DNA of 64,000 nt from Flaccisagitta enflata (lineage: Eukaryota), in contig OZ231126.1 in the NCBI GenBank assembly GCA_965153355.1, forward strand, positions 14,756,001 through 14,820,000. Reading direction: 5' to 3'. This document shows positions 46,995-57,279 of the stretch, piece after piece. The position numbers and the translations under genes were made by a program. Position 1 is the stretch's first letter; each line of letters opens with the position of its first letter. Below the pieces are notes generated by a model that was given only the letters and a program-made list of their open reading frames with translations, was not told where the DNA came from and did not search any database.

Positions 46995-47512
46995 GCAGTA
47001 GAAGTGTAGTATGATGGAGTGGGTCCGAGTAAACATTGTGTGGGGCTGACTGTAGAAAGTTGGTGTAAAGAATGTAGGATGGGCTGAAGTGTTAGGCCTA
47101 CACTGTGGGCTAGTAGTAAAGTAGGAGGCAGTGGTTCTGAGTAAAAATTTGGTGGGGCTGACTATGTGAAATTGGTGTAGACTGTAGGGAATGAAGAAGT
47201 AGGATGGAGTCGATCCGAGCAAAAATTGGGAGGGGTTGACTGTGTGAAGATGGTGCAATGAATGTAGAATGGGCTGTAGTGTAAGCTAGTGGTGGAGTAG
47301 GAAGAAGTGGATCCTAGTGAACATTGGGTGGGGTTGACTGTGTGAAGTTGGTGTAATGAATGTAGGATGGGCTGTAGTGTAAGCTAGTGGTGGAGTAGGA
47401 AGAAGTGGATCTTAGTGAACATTGGGTGGGGTTGACTGTGTGAAGGATGGGCTGTAGTGTAGGATAGTAGTGGAGTGGGAAGGAGTGGATCCGAGTGAAT
47501 ATTGGGTGGGGT
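46995..47512. repeat. Degenerate ~85-bp tandem repeat
   Basis: Recurring GTGAACATTGGGTGGGGTTGACTGTGTGAA and GTAGGATGGGCTGTAGTGTAAG blocks. Confidence 0.75.
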
Positions 47513-48212
47513 TGCAAGATAGGAAACGGAGTAATTTTATGGTCCGGAACTGCAAGCCATGCTTTATGTGACCCTCTGTTGGCATCGTAAAATCCAACCA
47601 TGCAGTATGAAGCTTAGATATTTTGCTCGCCTATCATCGTTGAAATGAAAAGAGTATTTAGATGCCATTATGTCAAAGCCGACTGTCCGATCCAAATTCC
47701 TGGAAACTTGTACTAGTAAGTTGTAAGCGGAAAAAAAAGAGAAAAAAGAAATAATCAGATAGTGAAAATGTGACCAGAGCAATAGATGGAAGGGGTCAGC
47801 CGTCACGTCTTGCGTGAAAGGTCACTGCAAAGATGTCACAATTTCTGGCAGAGATGAATTCCTTTTTCACTGACCCAGTAGTATCCAGAATATCGCCACA
47901 GTTGAACTTAATCATGGTGCAGTATGCGCTTGATAGGCCAATACAGTATGTACAGTCATCTAGAGTCTAGAACCGTGACTAGGGGCATAAGGGGAATTGT
48001 ATGGTTTCAACTCCCTCAATTCTAGACTTGGGAATAATTTAACAAGAGATTAATACCCAAATCACGTCTAAGAGCGTCCTTGACCGCCTGAAGAACACTT
48101 GTTTTTGCGCAAGGATGTGAATGTAGCATTTAGTTTCACCGTATACCGCGAAGGATACCGCAATAGATCCTTTGCACTAGTCTCTGGTCACTGCGCTTCT
48201 CTCTAATTATGA

Positions 48213-50436
48213 AATGAAATGAAATACATGTATTTCTCTGGGTATCTAGTCTACGCGAGTACAATTGATGTCAGTTATCTTTCCAGATGGATTGCAAGTA
48301 AGCCAAAAATCCTATATAGAGCAGGTAACACAGAATGGATCAATGCAACATTACAATAACAGCGTGATTATAAAATCAAAGGGAAATCCACTTAAGTTGT
48401 TGGAAGCTTGAGAGCTGCAAACCAGATAAGAAACAGATTGGTTCAGATTGTGGACTAAAACAATGAGAAGCGATATCAGAGTTTTTTGTTAGAGCTCCTC
48501 CGTCCCATCCAGCTCCCAACAGCCTACAGGTCGTTTTGTTGCAAGGTGCAGGCGTACAGAAGGCATTGAAACACGGATATCATCATGGACGTCGTTAAGA
48601 AGTGAAATGGGCTGTTGGGAGAACAAATCTAGGAAATGGGAGGAGAGAGGTTTTTTATTTCACAGGAACTTGGTATTGTAAATGGGGGCAAAAATGACAA
48701 GACTGCTACAGGCAGACGAGCAACCTGGAGAAGACCTGAGCAGCAATGCCCCACCAAAAGGGCATGAGCGTGCATTGATGAGAGCTTAGGTAATCTTAGG
48801 TGATCAGATTCTATTTACAAGGAATATAGGGAATGGACCCAGGGGAATGGACCCACAGCCACGAGACCACCCAATGGGAGTGGGACCCAACTCTAAAGAA
48901 AAAAAAAGCAAGACAAATTAATCCACTGCAAAACACAAATGAAGTTTTTGTCTCCTTTTCCAAAATAAATTAAATGCACGCCCAAGCCAGAAGATAGGTT
49001 TTTCTTTTACTTAGTTTACGAGTGCCCCAGTTAGCACCCACGCATGGTCAGTCAGTTTGAATTTGAAATTTCATAAATCAATCTTTTCTTTTTTTTAATT
49101 TTTTTTTTTTAAAGTTTTTTTTTTTTTTTAAATTATCATACAACTGAAATTTAAGATATTGTAAATTTGCAAGTGGACTTGAAGATAGTTTCATAGAGTT
49201 GAAATAAGAGATATAGGGAAAAGTATATTGAAACAGATTGAATTTATTGCAATTGTTTATTGATTGTTTTTTGTCAAAAGGGTGTACAACACTGCCTAGT
49301 TACAGTGCTCTTGCAGGATTATTTATTAACAGTTTATCATTGTAGGCTGTTTTAATGAGTAAGTGAACGACACTGGCTATACCCAGTGCATCGCGTAATG
49401 ACTTGTTAATGGTAATTCTTTGTCAGCTGGAAGTTTAGAATTAGTAAACGACACTGGCAAGTTCCAGTGCATCGCAAAAAGATTTGTTGGGGTTTATCCT
49501 TGAATGGTAATGTTAAATGTAATTGAGCGACACTAGCTAGATCTAGTGCTACGCATAGATGATTATTGATGATTTATCTTTGATATTAACTAGTTTAAAA
49601 GTTAGTAAACGGCACTGGCGAATTCCAGTGCCAAAGCGAAAGTAGGATTGTAGCATTTCTCCATTTATTTAGAGAATACAGTTGTCGAATTAACAAGCCA
49701 CCCTATCCCATGGCAAATTTGGAGAATGCCAATAACATTGACTGATAAGGCTAAGAAGTGAAAAAAAAGAGTGTAGGTTGTGAGGGAATTGGGCAATCAT
49801 TGTGAGGAAGTAAAGACTCAGTCGACAGACAAAAAAAGAGAACCATGCGAATCAGGACATGGCATGATAAGACAGAGTAAGAAGGACGAGAGAGGTGATG
49901 GATAGATGGGCGGGAAAAAAAAAATCAATGAAATTTTCTGTCAGAGCAAAGAGGGTTAGTACATGCACATTTTTCAAGGTAATTTTGGAGCAAGAGTTCT
50001 TCAGTTTCTTTCTTAAAACGTTTTTTCGAGTCTATCTGCTTGAGATTATCAGGTAAGTCATTCCAGAATGAAGGTGCAAGACAAGGGAAAGAGCGTTTAT
50101 TCCCAATTGAGGAGAGGGGCGGAAGCTTAACATTATTTGGATGTTGGCTTGCTGACCTTAGATTGTGATTCGAGATTTCTGTATAGAGATGCTGTTGATA
50201 ATTATAGATGTCAGGCCCTATGCCTTTCGTCATGTTATACATGAGGCTAAGACATTGGTGTCTGTGCTGATCAGGAAGTTTTAGTAGTTTTAGTTTTTTC
50301 ATGCGGGGTTCACTGTGTGCGAGCCAATGTGATTTAGATATTATTCGTATAGCTTTTTTTTGAATGCCAGCTATTCTTTTTAAGTTCTTTTCATATGTTG
50401 CTCCCCATACTTCAAGTCCATAGCAGAGGTGAGAAA
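48213..50436 (-). mobile_element. 5'-truncated CR1-group LINE with ~1.7-kb 3' UTR, (TTTCA)n tail and 8-bp flanking duplication
   Basis: ORF2 C-terminus on the - strand (50436-49925): SHLCYGLEVWG...IQKKAIRII...HSEP...HNLRS...SF...APSFWNDLP...FKK. Tail ATGAAATGAAATGAAAT on the + strand near 48209-48225. AATTATGA at 48205-48212 and 50437-50444. Confidence 0.85.
49285..49635 (-). other. Array of five covarying stem-loops at ~81-bp spacing in LINE 3' UTR
   Basis: CACTG(G)-6-nt loop-(C)CAGTG hairpins start at 49290, 49371, 49452, 49531 and 49613. The 49531 copy has the double change CACTAG/CTAGTG. Confidence 0.7.
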
Positions 50437-52587
50437 AATTATGATTTCCTGAGTGATGTAGAATTGATAACCGTAAAAACGACCTCTTGAATTCTTAATC
50501 AGTGGGTTGGCCCTATAACCAGCCCCTTCATGACTCCACCCAGTCTCGCTCAACATAATAATTCATTTCATTTTCATCCATGATCAATCATCCGGTCGTT
50601 TGACCTAAAAAATGACCGCATAGACTTAGAGAGACTTTGACCCAAAAATGCCCATGGGCCTTGTTCCAAATTCATAAGTCATAATGGCCAAAGCGATACG
50701 TTTCATCAGGAAATGTTGAGATAGAGGAAGAGAGGGAAGAGAAATGGATGAAAAGAAGGAAAAAAAAGAACGCGAGAGAAAGAGAGATGAACATTTAAGG
50801 TCACGTAAGATAAACGGAAGAAGAGAAGCAATAGTCGCGGAAAATTGGGTAAGGATCAGGGATGAGGAAGCGGTTGACCGCTTCCAAGTTGAAGGATTGG
50901 AAAGATTCTTGTATCTGAACTTTAAATGGAAGCGGAAGCGAAATCGGAATTGAAAGCGGTATGAAAATCGCCTCCACATCCCTAGTTGGAACAGTATTTC
51001 ATTACGCGCATTCGCACTCTTTAAAAAAAAGGCTTTATTTCATAAATGAAACAGCGAGTCAAAGGGTGACGAGTAAGAATCAATTGATTTAAGAGGCAAT
51101 CAATAATGTAATACATTGGACTCGAAGCATGACCAAGCACCATATTTACATGGAAACAAGGCCAAGCAGGCCAAGTAGGTGCGCCGTGTCGATCGTCAAA
51201 CATATGCGTTACCCGACCAACCGACCAACCGACAGACACAGCCAGACGGACACAGGGATGCTTTGGCGCAGCTAAAAATGACAATTTAAATACATGTATA
51301 CAATGTAAAGAGTGGGAACATAAAAGATTATGCATTCATTCTCTGAAAGTGGTTTCCGGCAATTTTGCCCACAGAGTTCATGGCTCATTGCTCAGAGGAA
51401 TCCGTCAGAGCCGACCTATTGTATTGAATTTTCTCCAAAACAAGATAAAAGAAATAAAAGTCGCAAAAGCGTTAGATGGTCAGCGGTACCCGTGCCCTGC
51501 CTAATTAGGTTGTGTTTGAAGTTGAAGGGGAAGCAGGGCTGCGGCCCAGAGGGGGTCGATGACCTATGCTTTGACATATATGGGGAATTTTCGCCTTCTC
51601 TTGCATCCGTCCGTCCTTCTGTCAGTCCGTTCCCCCCAGTCTCGAGGCTCGAATCCAAGTGCCAAGACCCAAATCTCAGCCTCATGGCCCAAATCCTAGC
51701 CTCAAGGCCAAATTCTAGCCTGGAGGCTAGGATCTGCTTCTCTTGGCTGGGATTTGGGCCTCACGGCTGGGATTTGGGCCTCCGGACTAGGACTTGGGCC
51801 TCCAGGCTAGGATTTGGGCCACGAGGCTGGGATTTGGGTCTTGGGACTGGGATTTGAGCCTTGAGCCGAGGGGGGGACAGACGGACAGTTGGACGGACGG
51901 ACGGACGGACTGACGGACAGATGGAATGATGGACGGACGGACAGACGGACGGACGGATGGACAGACGGACGAACGGACTACAAAAGGATGGATGGACGGA
52001 TGGACGGACGGACGGAGGAGAAAGAGAAAATTCCCCAAATGTGTGAAAGTATAGGTCATCGCTGCCCAAAAAGGGGACCAACTGACCAACCAACTGACCA
52101 ACGGACTGACATAGCGGGGTGTAGAGTTGCGTATCCCGCGACTAAATAATGGCAGAGGATGGCGACCATATAGTTAACTAAGACATCAGATTTGGTACCT
52201 CAATGAGGTCAATGAATAGGAGGGTATACAGAACTGAAGCAGGACTGCCTTATAAATAGACTCAGAATTGGGCAAAGACAATGAAAAAAAATCTACAAGA
52301 ATAGTCCAAAAGATACTATCTATTTCCTCAAAGTCAAAGTCCTCAGGACCACTACAAAATGACCTTTCCTGCCATGTACAAATCTTACTTAATGAATTCT
52401 CGTTGTCCGTGGGATGATGAATATTTATAAACAACCCTTGTATTTGTGTTTGACCCTTATTTCAATGAAAATGATCAGGATTCAGGAAGCGATAGCTTTT
52501 TGATGTTCTCTTTAAAATTTCACCAAATTTATTGGACACCCTGTTAATGATAAGAGCCTTTTATGTTTTTCTCATATTTCTTCGACA

Positions 52588-53547
52588 CTATTCACCACTT
52601 TTGCAGGCAAATGCATTTCTTAGTTTAGGAAATAATATTAAGTAACCAAAAATATGCAAAAAAGAGGCGAGAGAGAAAAACCCGGCGCTAAGATTGTTTA
52701 TCGCCATTTCGTCATCCAACAAATTCTCTTGTTTGCAATTATTTGCCTCGTAAAATCGCGGCAATATATACAGAGGAACATCGTGGCCTATCAATATCAA
52801 GTTAACAATCAATGGAATATAGACGAAAATGCCCAGAGATTGATAAACTTGGGCTCTGTCGTTTCTGTTGGTCAATTGTAAGGAGGTTTGCAGCTTTGTC
52901 CTAACGGAATGGCCAATCTTAACAACGGCGATTGTATACAATATCTTGATGATGCCAATTTTCACAAACGAGAACCAACCACTACCGCGAAAGAATTTGG
53001 GATATACTGAAAACTCGTAGGTATAAGCGAGTTGATATGTGCAGAAAATTGCATTGGCTACTTTGTCGCCGCTTAGAACGAAACTGACGCACGCGCCTAT
53101 GACCACCATCTTCACCACGTTTTTACCAGAACTGAATGATTCGTATTTGAATGAGTCGCAAATCATAACGTGGACATCGATACTTTGCATAAGCGACAGG
53201 AAATAGTGATTGATGTAGAGGAATTCTTGAAACAGTGCTAAGGTAATTTTGGATAATTGAAAAAAGTAATATTCGCTGTTGATTAATTTAGATAACGCCT
53301 CGAATGATGTATTTTCTTTGATCCACAACTGAAAAACCATAAAAATTGACATATACAAAACCACGCAAATCTGTTGAAGAATGGTGAAGATTCTTCTGGG
53401 GCCTTTGAGATTCCACGCCAGTAACGGTAATATGCTAATGCTCAATCCGGCGCATAAACACATCATCGTTACGCAAGGAATGATGATGCTGTTCCTTGAT
53501 TCTCTACGTCGCTTAAAGCATTCGTAAGAATTAGAACCTAAAATCAA
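52588..53547 (-). CDS. Divergent 7TM GPCR-like (chemoreceptor-like) protein, uninterrupted 7TM region, start uncertain
   Basis: About 7 hydrophobic segments. TM3 end SLMQSIDVHVMICDSFKY resembles S.DRY.AIC.PF.Y; C-terminal LHIFGYLILFPKLRNAF is TM7/helix 8-like. The ORF begins at TTG, which overlaps a likely acceptor (TTGATTTTAG|GT), so an upstream exon is probable. Confidence 0.75.
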   Translation of the reverse strand: MILGSNSYECFKRRRESRNSIIIPCVTMMCLCAGLSISILPLLAWNLKGPRRIFTILQQICVVLYMSIFMVFQLWIKENTSFEALSKLINSEYYFFQLSKITLALFQEFLYINHYFLSLMQSIDVHVMICDSFKYESFSSGKNVVKMVVIGACVSFVLSGDKVANAIFCTYQLAYTYEFSVYPKFFRGSGWFSFVKIGIIKILYTIAVVKIGHSVRTKLQTSLQLTNRNDRAQVYQSLGIFVYIPLIVNLILIGHDVPLYILPRFYEANNCKQENLLDDEMAINNLSAGFFSLASFLHIFGYLILFPKLRNAFACKSGE

Positions 53548-55654
53548 GAATGTAGGAATGCGATAATCTCAGATGGTATACCATTTTCAGGCATGTCGTA
53601 TTTCTTGCATTATATTGACTGAAAACAACCATCACTCCCAATTGTCCAAAAGAGTGATATGTTATGGTTCAAAACGGATACGCAAAAAAAGTGCTACTGA
53701 CCTTCAGGCATTAGGTGTTCATACAAAATATTCGTCTCATTCTTTGATAAGCTGAACAAAAAATCACAAGCTGGTTTAAGATGAGGAGGATAACTTTGAT
53801 AGCACGTATATACATCCATGATATCAAGCTGGTTGAATATGAGGGGGATAACTTTGTTAGCAGGCATCCATATCCATGATATCAAGCTTGATTCCTTGCT
53901 ATATCAGTATAAATAAGTTTGAAATATCTAATTACTGCCTTGATTTGATTTTGCTAATCAGTGCTGTGCAAATCAGTAAAAATAAGTTTGAAATATTTAT
54001 TAACTACCTTGATTTGATTTTGCTAATCAGTAAGGTGCTAATCAATACTGTGCAAAACGGTTATGCTTAGTCTGTTTCTTAGTAGTACCGTCAGAACTGC
54101 ATTTGTTTCTGCCATAACTGTGAAAAAAATGCTGGATATTACCATTTTAAAACAAGACACAAATAACTGAGAGGCTGGAAACTGGCAAGACGGCATAAGA
54201 GAGCGAGACCTTTAGCCTGATAGACTGACCTACTTAGTAACTCACTGACCGGCAGACTGCCCCCCCCCTACAATACTAAGGGCGCACTCCATCCCCTCAT
54301 CTCTCTACCTCGACTGCTATACTTGACTACTTTTAAACTTGACTATTATTGAACTATGATTGGGTTGCACAACTTACTTTCTTACGTACTTACTGAATGA
54401 CGGTCTGACTGATCGATGGCTGACACTTGAAAGGTGAGTACAGTAACGTGAAAGAGACAGAGTCCCGTGCGCCGTAAAAGGCTTTAAAGGAAAGAGTTTC
54501 AGAATCCTAAAACTTTTAATCACCATTAGAAATTATTTCGGTTCTATACAAAAAACGATTTGGCGGAACTGAATGATGGAAGGTGTCCACTGTAGCGACT
54601 TCCAACTGTCACCTTTACTAATACTCGCTTCAAAATCAATTAGAATTAGAAATCTACTTTCAATGTAAAATGCAAAATCTGAATTTAATTATGATGCTGT
54701 CAAAATGAATCAAGATGTAACTGAATCCAGTTTTTTACAGAATAGAGAGTTGTATGCTACTCTAAATTGTCTTCTTTTATCTCTGTTTGAAACTTCAACA
54801 AGTTCAATAGCGTAAATAGATAATGGCACGCAATGCGTTGTGACAAGATGCACAAGACAGGGGAGGGGGGGATACGGACAGACGTAGAAGGAGAAAATTC
54901 CCCATATGTGTGAAAGCATAGGTCATCAACCCCTTCGGGGCCGCTGCCCAAAAAGGACGAAAGAGAAGCTGAGGAAGATGAGGAAGCGGAGGAGGCGGAG
55001 AAGGGGAGGAAGGTCGTCTCTGTCTGGAAATTCATTAGAGAGAAAAAGTTATTAGAGCAGTTTTGATGGATATGTATTCTCTCTCTGAGATGGCTTTTGC
55101 TCATCCTTTATCTTCTCATTACTTTGTCCTTTACTTCCTTCCATTATTTGTTTTACTTACCGTACTTGTTCCTTACTAATGGCTAATTCCGTGTTTCGTC
55201 ATGCGCGCGAGAAACCCTGACTCTCCACCATTGTAGAAGTGTCATTGCTTCTTCTGCTGAATTGCATAAGGTCACAAAGGTTGGGTGACATACCTAACTA
55301 TCTGGTGTGCCATACTAAACCAATTTTTGCCACACCGACTGCCCCTATGGGATCCAAAACAGGGGTAGAAGGGTCGATTTGGGCCTGTCCCGATTTTGTC
55401 CCTGCAAGCAAAACGCAAGTTTAACCAATCAAAAAATGTCAATTGGGGTCATCCAATAGCTTGTAAGCAATCACTGTCAATCCATTGATATGTGTAGAAA
55501 GTTTGTATTCAATATTTGTATATCTCTGCTCATCGCATTCATTAAAATGGTTCCTACGTCAGACTCAAAGCCAGTCACAGACTGGGGTATCTGCTAGGAC
55601 ACCAAAAACATATCCAATGGAACAAATCATCAGCCTCTAGTAAGTCAGCCTTCT

Positions 55655-55709
55655 TGGTCTAATGGTTAGAACACTTGCCTTCAGAAATGAGGGTCAGGGG
55701 TTCGAATCC
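55655..55709 (+). promoter_or_regulatory. tRNA-type Pol III internal promoter (A box and B box), repeated in each unit
   Basis: A box TGGTCTAATGG (55655-55665) and B box GGTTCGAATCC (55699-55709) at tRNA-like spacing. No run of 4 or more T in the unit; the first T5 is at 57467. Confidence 0.75.
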
Positions 55710-55728
55710 AGGACGGGCATGAAGGTAA

Positions 55729-55786
55729 CACAGGAGTTTGAGGGAGCGCTTAAAACGCTGAGTCGGTCCCAAGCCCGACAACTGTG
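55729..55786 (+). ncRNA. Twister ribozyme-like motif, P5-type permutation, copy 1
   Basis: CACAG-GA-GTTT-GAGGG-AGCGCT-TAA-AAC-GC-TGA-GTCGG-TCCCAAGC-CCGAC-AA-CTGTG: closing stem CACAG/CTGTG, P4 GTCGG/CCGAC with UCCCAAGC loop, GAGGG and GC pseudoknot partners; predicted U^A site at 55751/55752. Confidence 0.75.
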
Positions 55787-56025
55787 GTGACTTACTATGC
55801 TGATGTAAAACAAATTGTATATCTCTGCTCATCGCATTCATTAAAATGGTTCCTACGTCAGACTCAAAGCAAATCACAGTCTGGGCTATTGCCATGGACA
55901 CCAGTTGAAACTCTGCGAACTTATAATCAGCCTCTAGTAAGTCAGCCTTCATGGTCTAATGGTTAGAACACTTGCCTTCAGAAATGAGGGTCAGGGGTTC
56001 GAATCCAGAACGGGCATGAAGGTAA

Positions 56026-56083
56026 CACAGGAGTTTGAGGGAGCGCTTAAAATGCTGAGTCGGTCCCAAGCCCGACAACTGTG
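56026..56083 (+). ncRNA. Twister ribozyme-like motif, copy 2
   Basis: As copy 1; the AAAC>AAAT change keeps P2 as a G-U wobble. Confidence 0.72.
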
Positions 56084-56324
56084 GTGACTTACTATGCTGA
56101 TGTAAAACAAATTGTATATCTCTGCTCATCGCATTCATTAAAATGGTTCCTACGTCAGACTCAAAGCCAGTCACAGACTGGGGTATCTGCTAGGACACCA
56201 AAAACATATCCAATGGAACAAATCATCAGCCTCTAGTAAGTCAGCCTTCATGGTCTAATGGTTAGAACACTTGCCTTCAGAAATGAGGGTCAGGGGTTCA
56301 AATCCAGGACGGGCATGAAGGTAA

Positions 56325-56382
56325 CACAGGAGTTTGAGGGAGCGCTTAAAACGCTGAGTCGGTCCCAAGCCCGACAACTGTG
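56325..56382 (+). ncRNA. Twister ribozyme-like motif, copy 3
   Basis: Same sequence as copy 1. Confidence 0.75.
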
Positions 56383-56623
56383 GTGACTTACTATGCTGAT
56401 GTAAAACAAATTGTATATCTCTGCTCATCGCATTCATTAAAATGGTTCCTACGTCAGACTCAAAGCCAGTCACAGACTGGGGTATCTGCTAGGACACCAA
56501 AAACATAGCCAATGGAACAAATCATCAGCCTCTAGTAAGTCAGCCTTCATGGTCTAATGGTTAGAACACTTGCCTTCAGAAATGAGGGTCAGGGGTTCGA
56601 ATCCAGGACGGGCATGAAGGTAA

Positions 56624-56681
56624 CACAGGAGTTTGAGGGAGCGCTTAAAACGCTGAGTCGGTCCCAAGCCCGACAACTGTG
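56624..56681 (+). ncRNA. Twister ribozyme-like motif, copy 4
   Basis: Same sequence as copy 1. Confidence 0.75.
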
Positions 56682-56922
56682 GTGACTTACTATGCTGATG
56701 TAAAACAAATTGTATATCTCTGCTCATCGCATTCATTAAAATGGTTCCTACGTCAGACTCAAAGCCAGTCACAGACTGGGGTATCTGCTAGGACACCAAA
56801 AACATATCCAATGGAACAAATCATCAGCCTCTAGTAAGTCAGCCTTCATGGTCTAATGGTTAGAACACTTGCCTTCAGAAATGAGGGTCAGGGGTTCGAA
56901 TCCAGGACGGGCATGAAGGTAA

Positions 56923-56980
56923 CACAGGAGTTTGAGGGAGCGCTTAAAACGCTGAGTCGGTCCCAAGCCCGACAACTGTG
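56923..56980 (+). ncRNA. Twister ribozyme-like motif, copy 5
   Basis: Same sequence as copy 1. Confidence 0.75.
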
Positions 56981-57221
56981 GTGACTTACTATGCCGATGT
57001 AAAACAAATTGTATATCTCTGCTCATCGCATTCATTAAAATGGTTCCTACGTCAGACTCAAAGCCAGTCACAGACTGGGGTATCTGCTAGGACACCAAAA
57101 ACATATCCAATGGAACAAATCATCAGCCTCTAGTAAGTCAGCCTTCATGGTCTAATGGTTAGAACACTTGCCTTCAGAAATGAGGGTCAGGGGTTCGAAT
57201 CCAGGACGGGCATGAAGGTAA

Positions 57222-57279
57222 CACAGGAGTTTGAGGGAGCGCTTAAAACGCTGAGTCGGTCCCAAGCCCGACAACTGTG
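57222..57279 (+). ncRNA. Twister ribozyme-like motif, copy 6
   Basis: Same sequence as copy 1. Confidence 0.75.

Noticed and set aside
49285-49635. CRISPR-like array (palindromic repeats with dissimilar spacers)
   Set aside because: Repeats are too divergent, spacers retain mutual similarity, the context is a eukaryotic LINE 3' UTR and there are no cas genes.
55627-55633. Hammerhead core CTGATGA on the - strand of the array unit
   Set aside because: No stem II followed by GAAA and no stem III/NUH arrangement could be found; the motif is explained as part of the CATCAGC/GCTGATG stem.
55647-55720. tRNA gene with TCA anticodon (Sec/opal suppressor) in each 299-bp unit
   Set aside because: A/B boxes are present, but the anticodon, T and acceptor stems do not pair as a cloverleaf and there is no long variable arm; treated as a tRNA-derived promoter.
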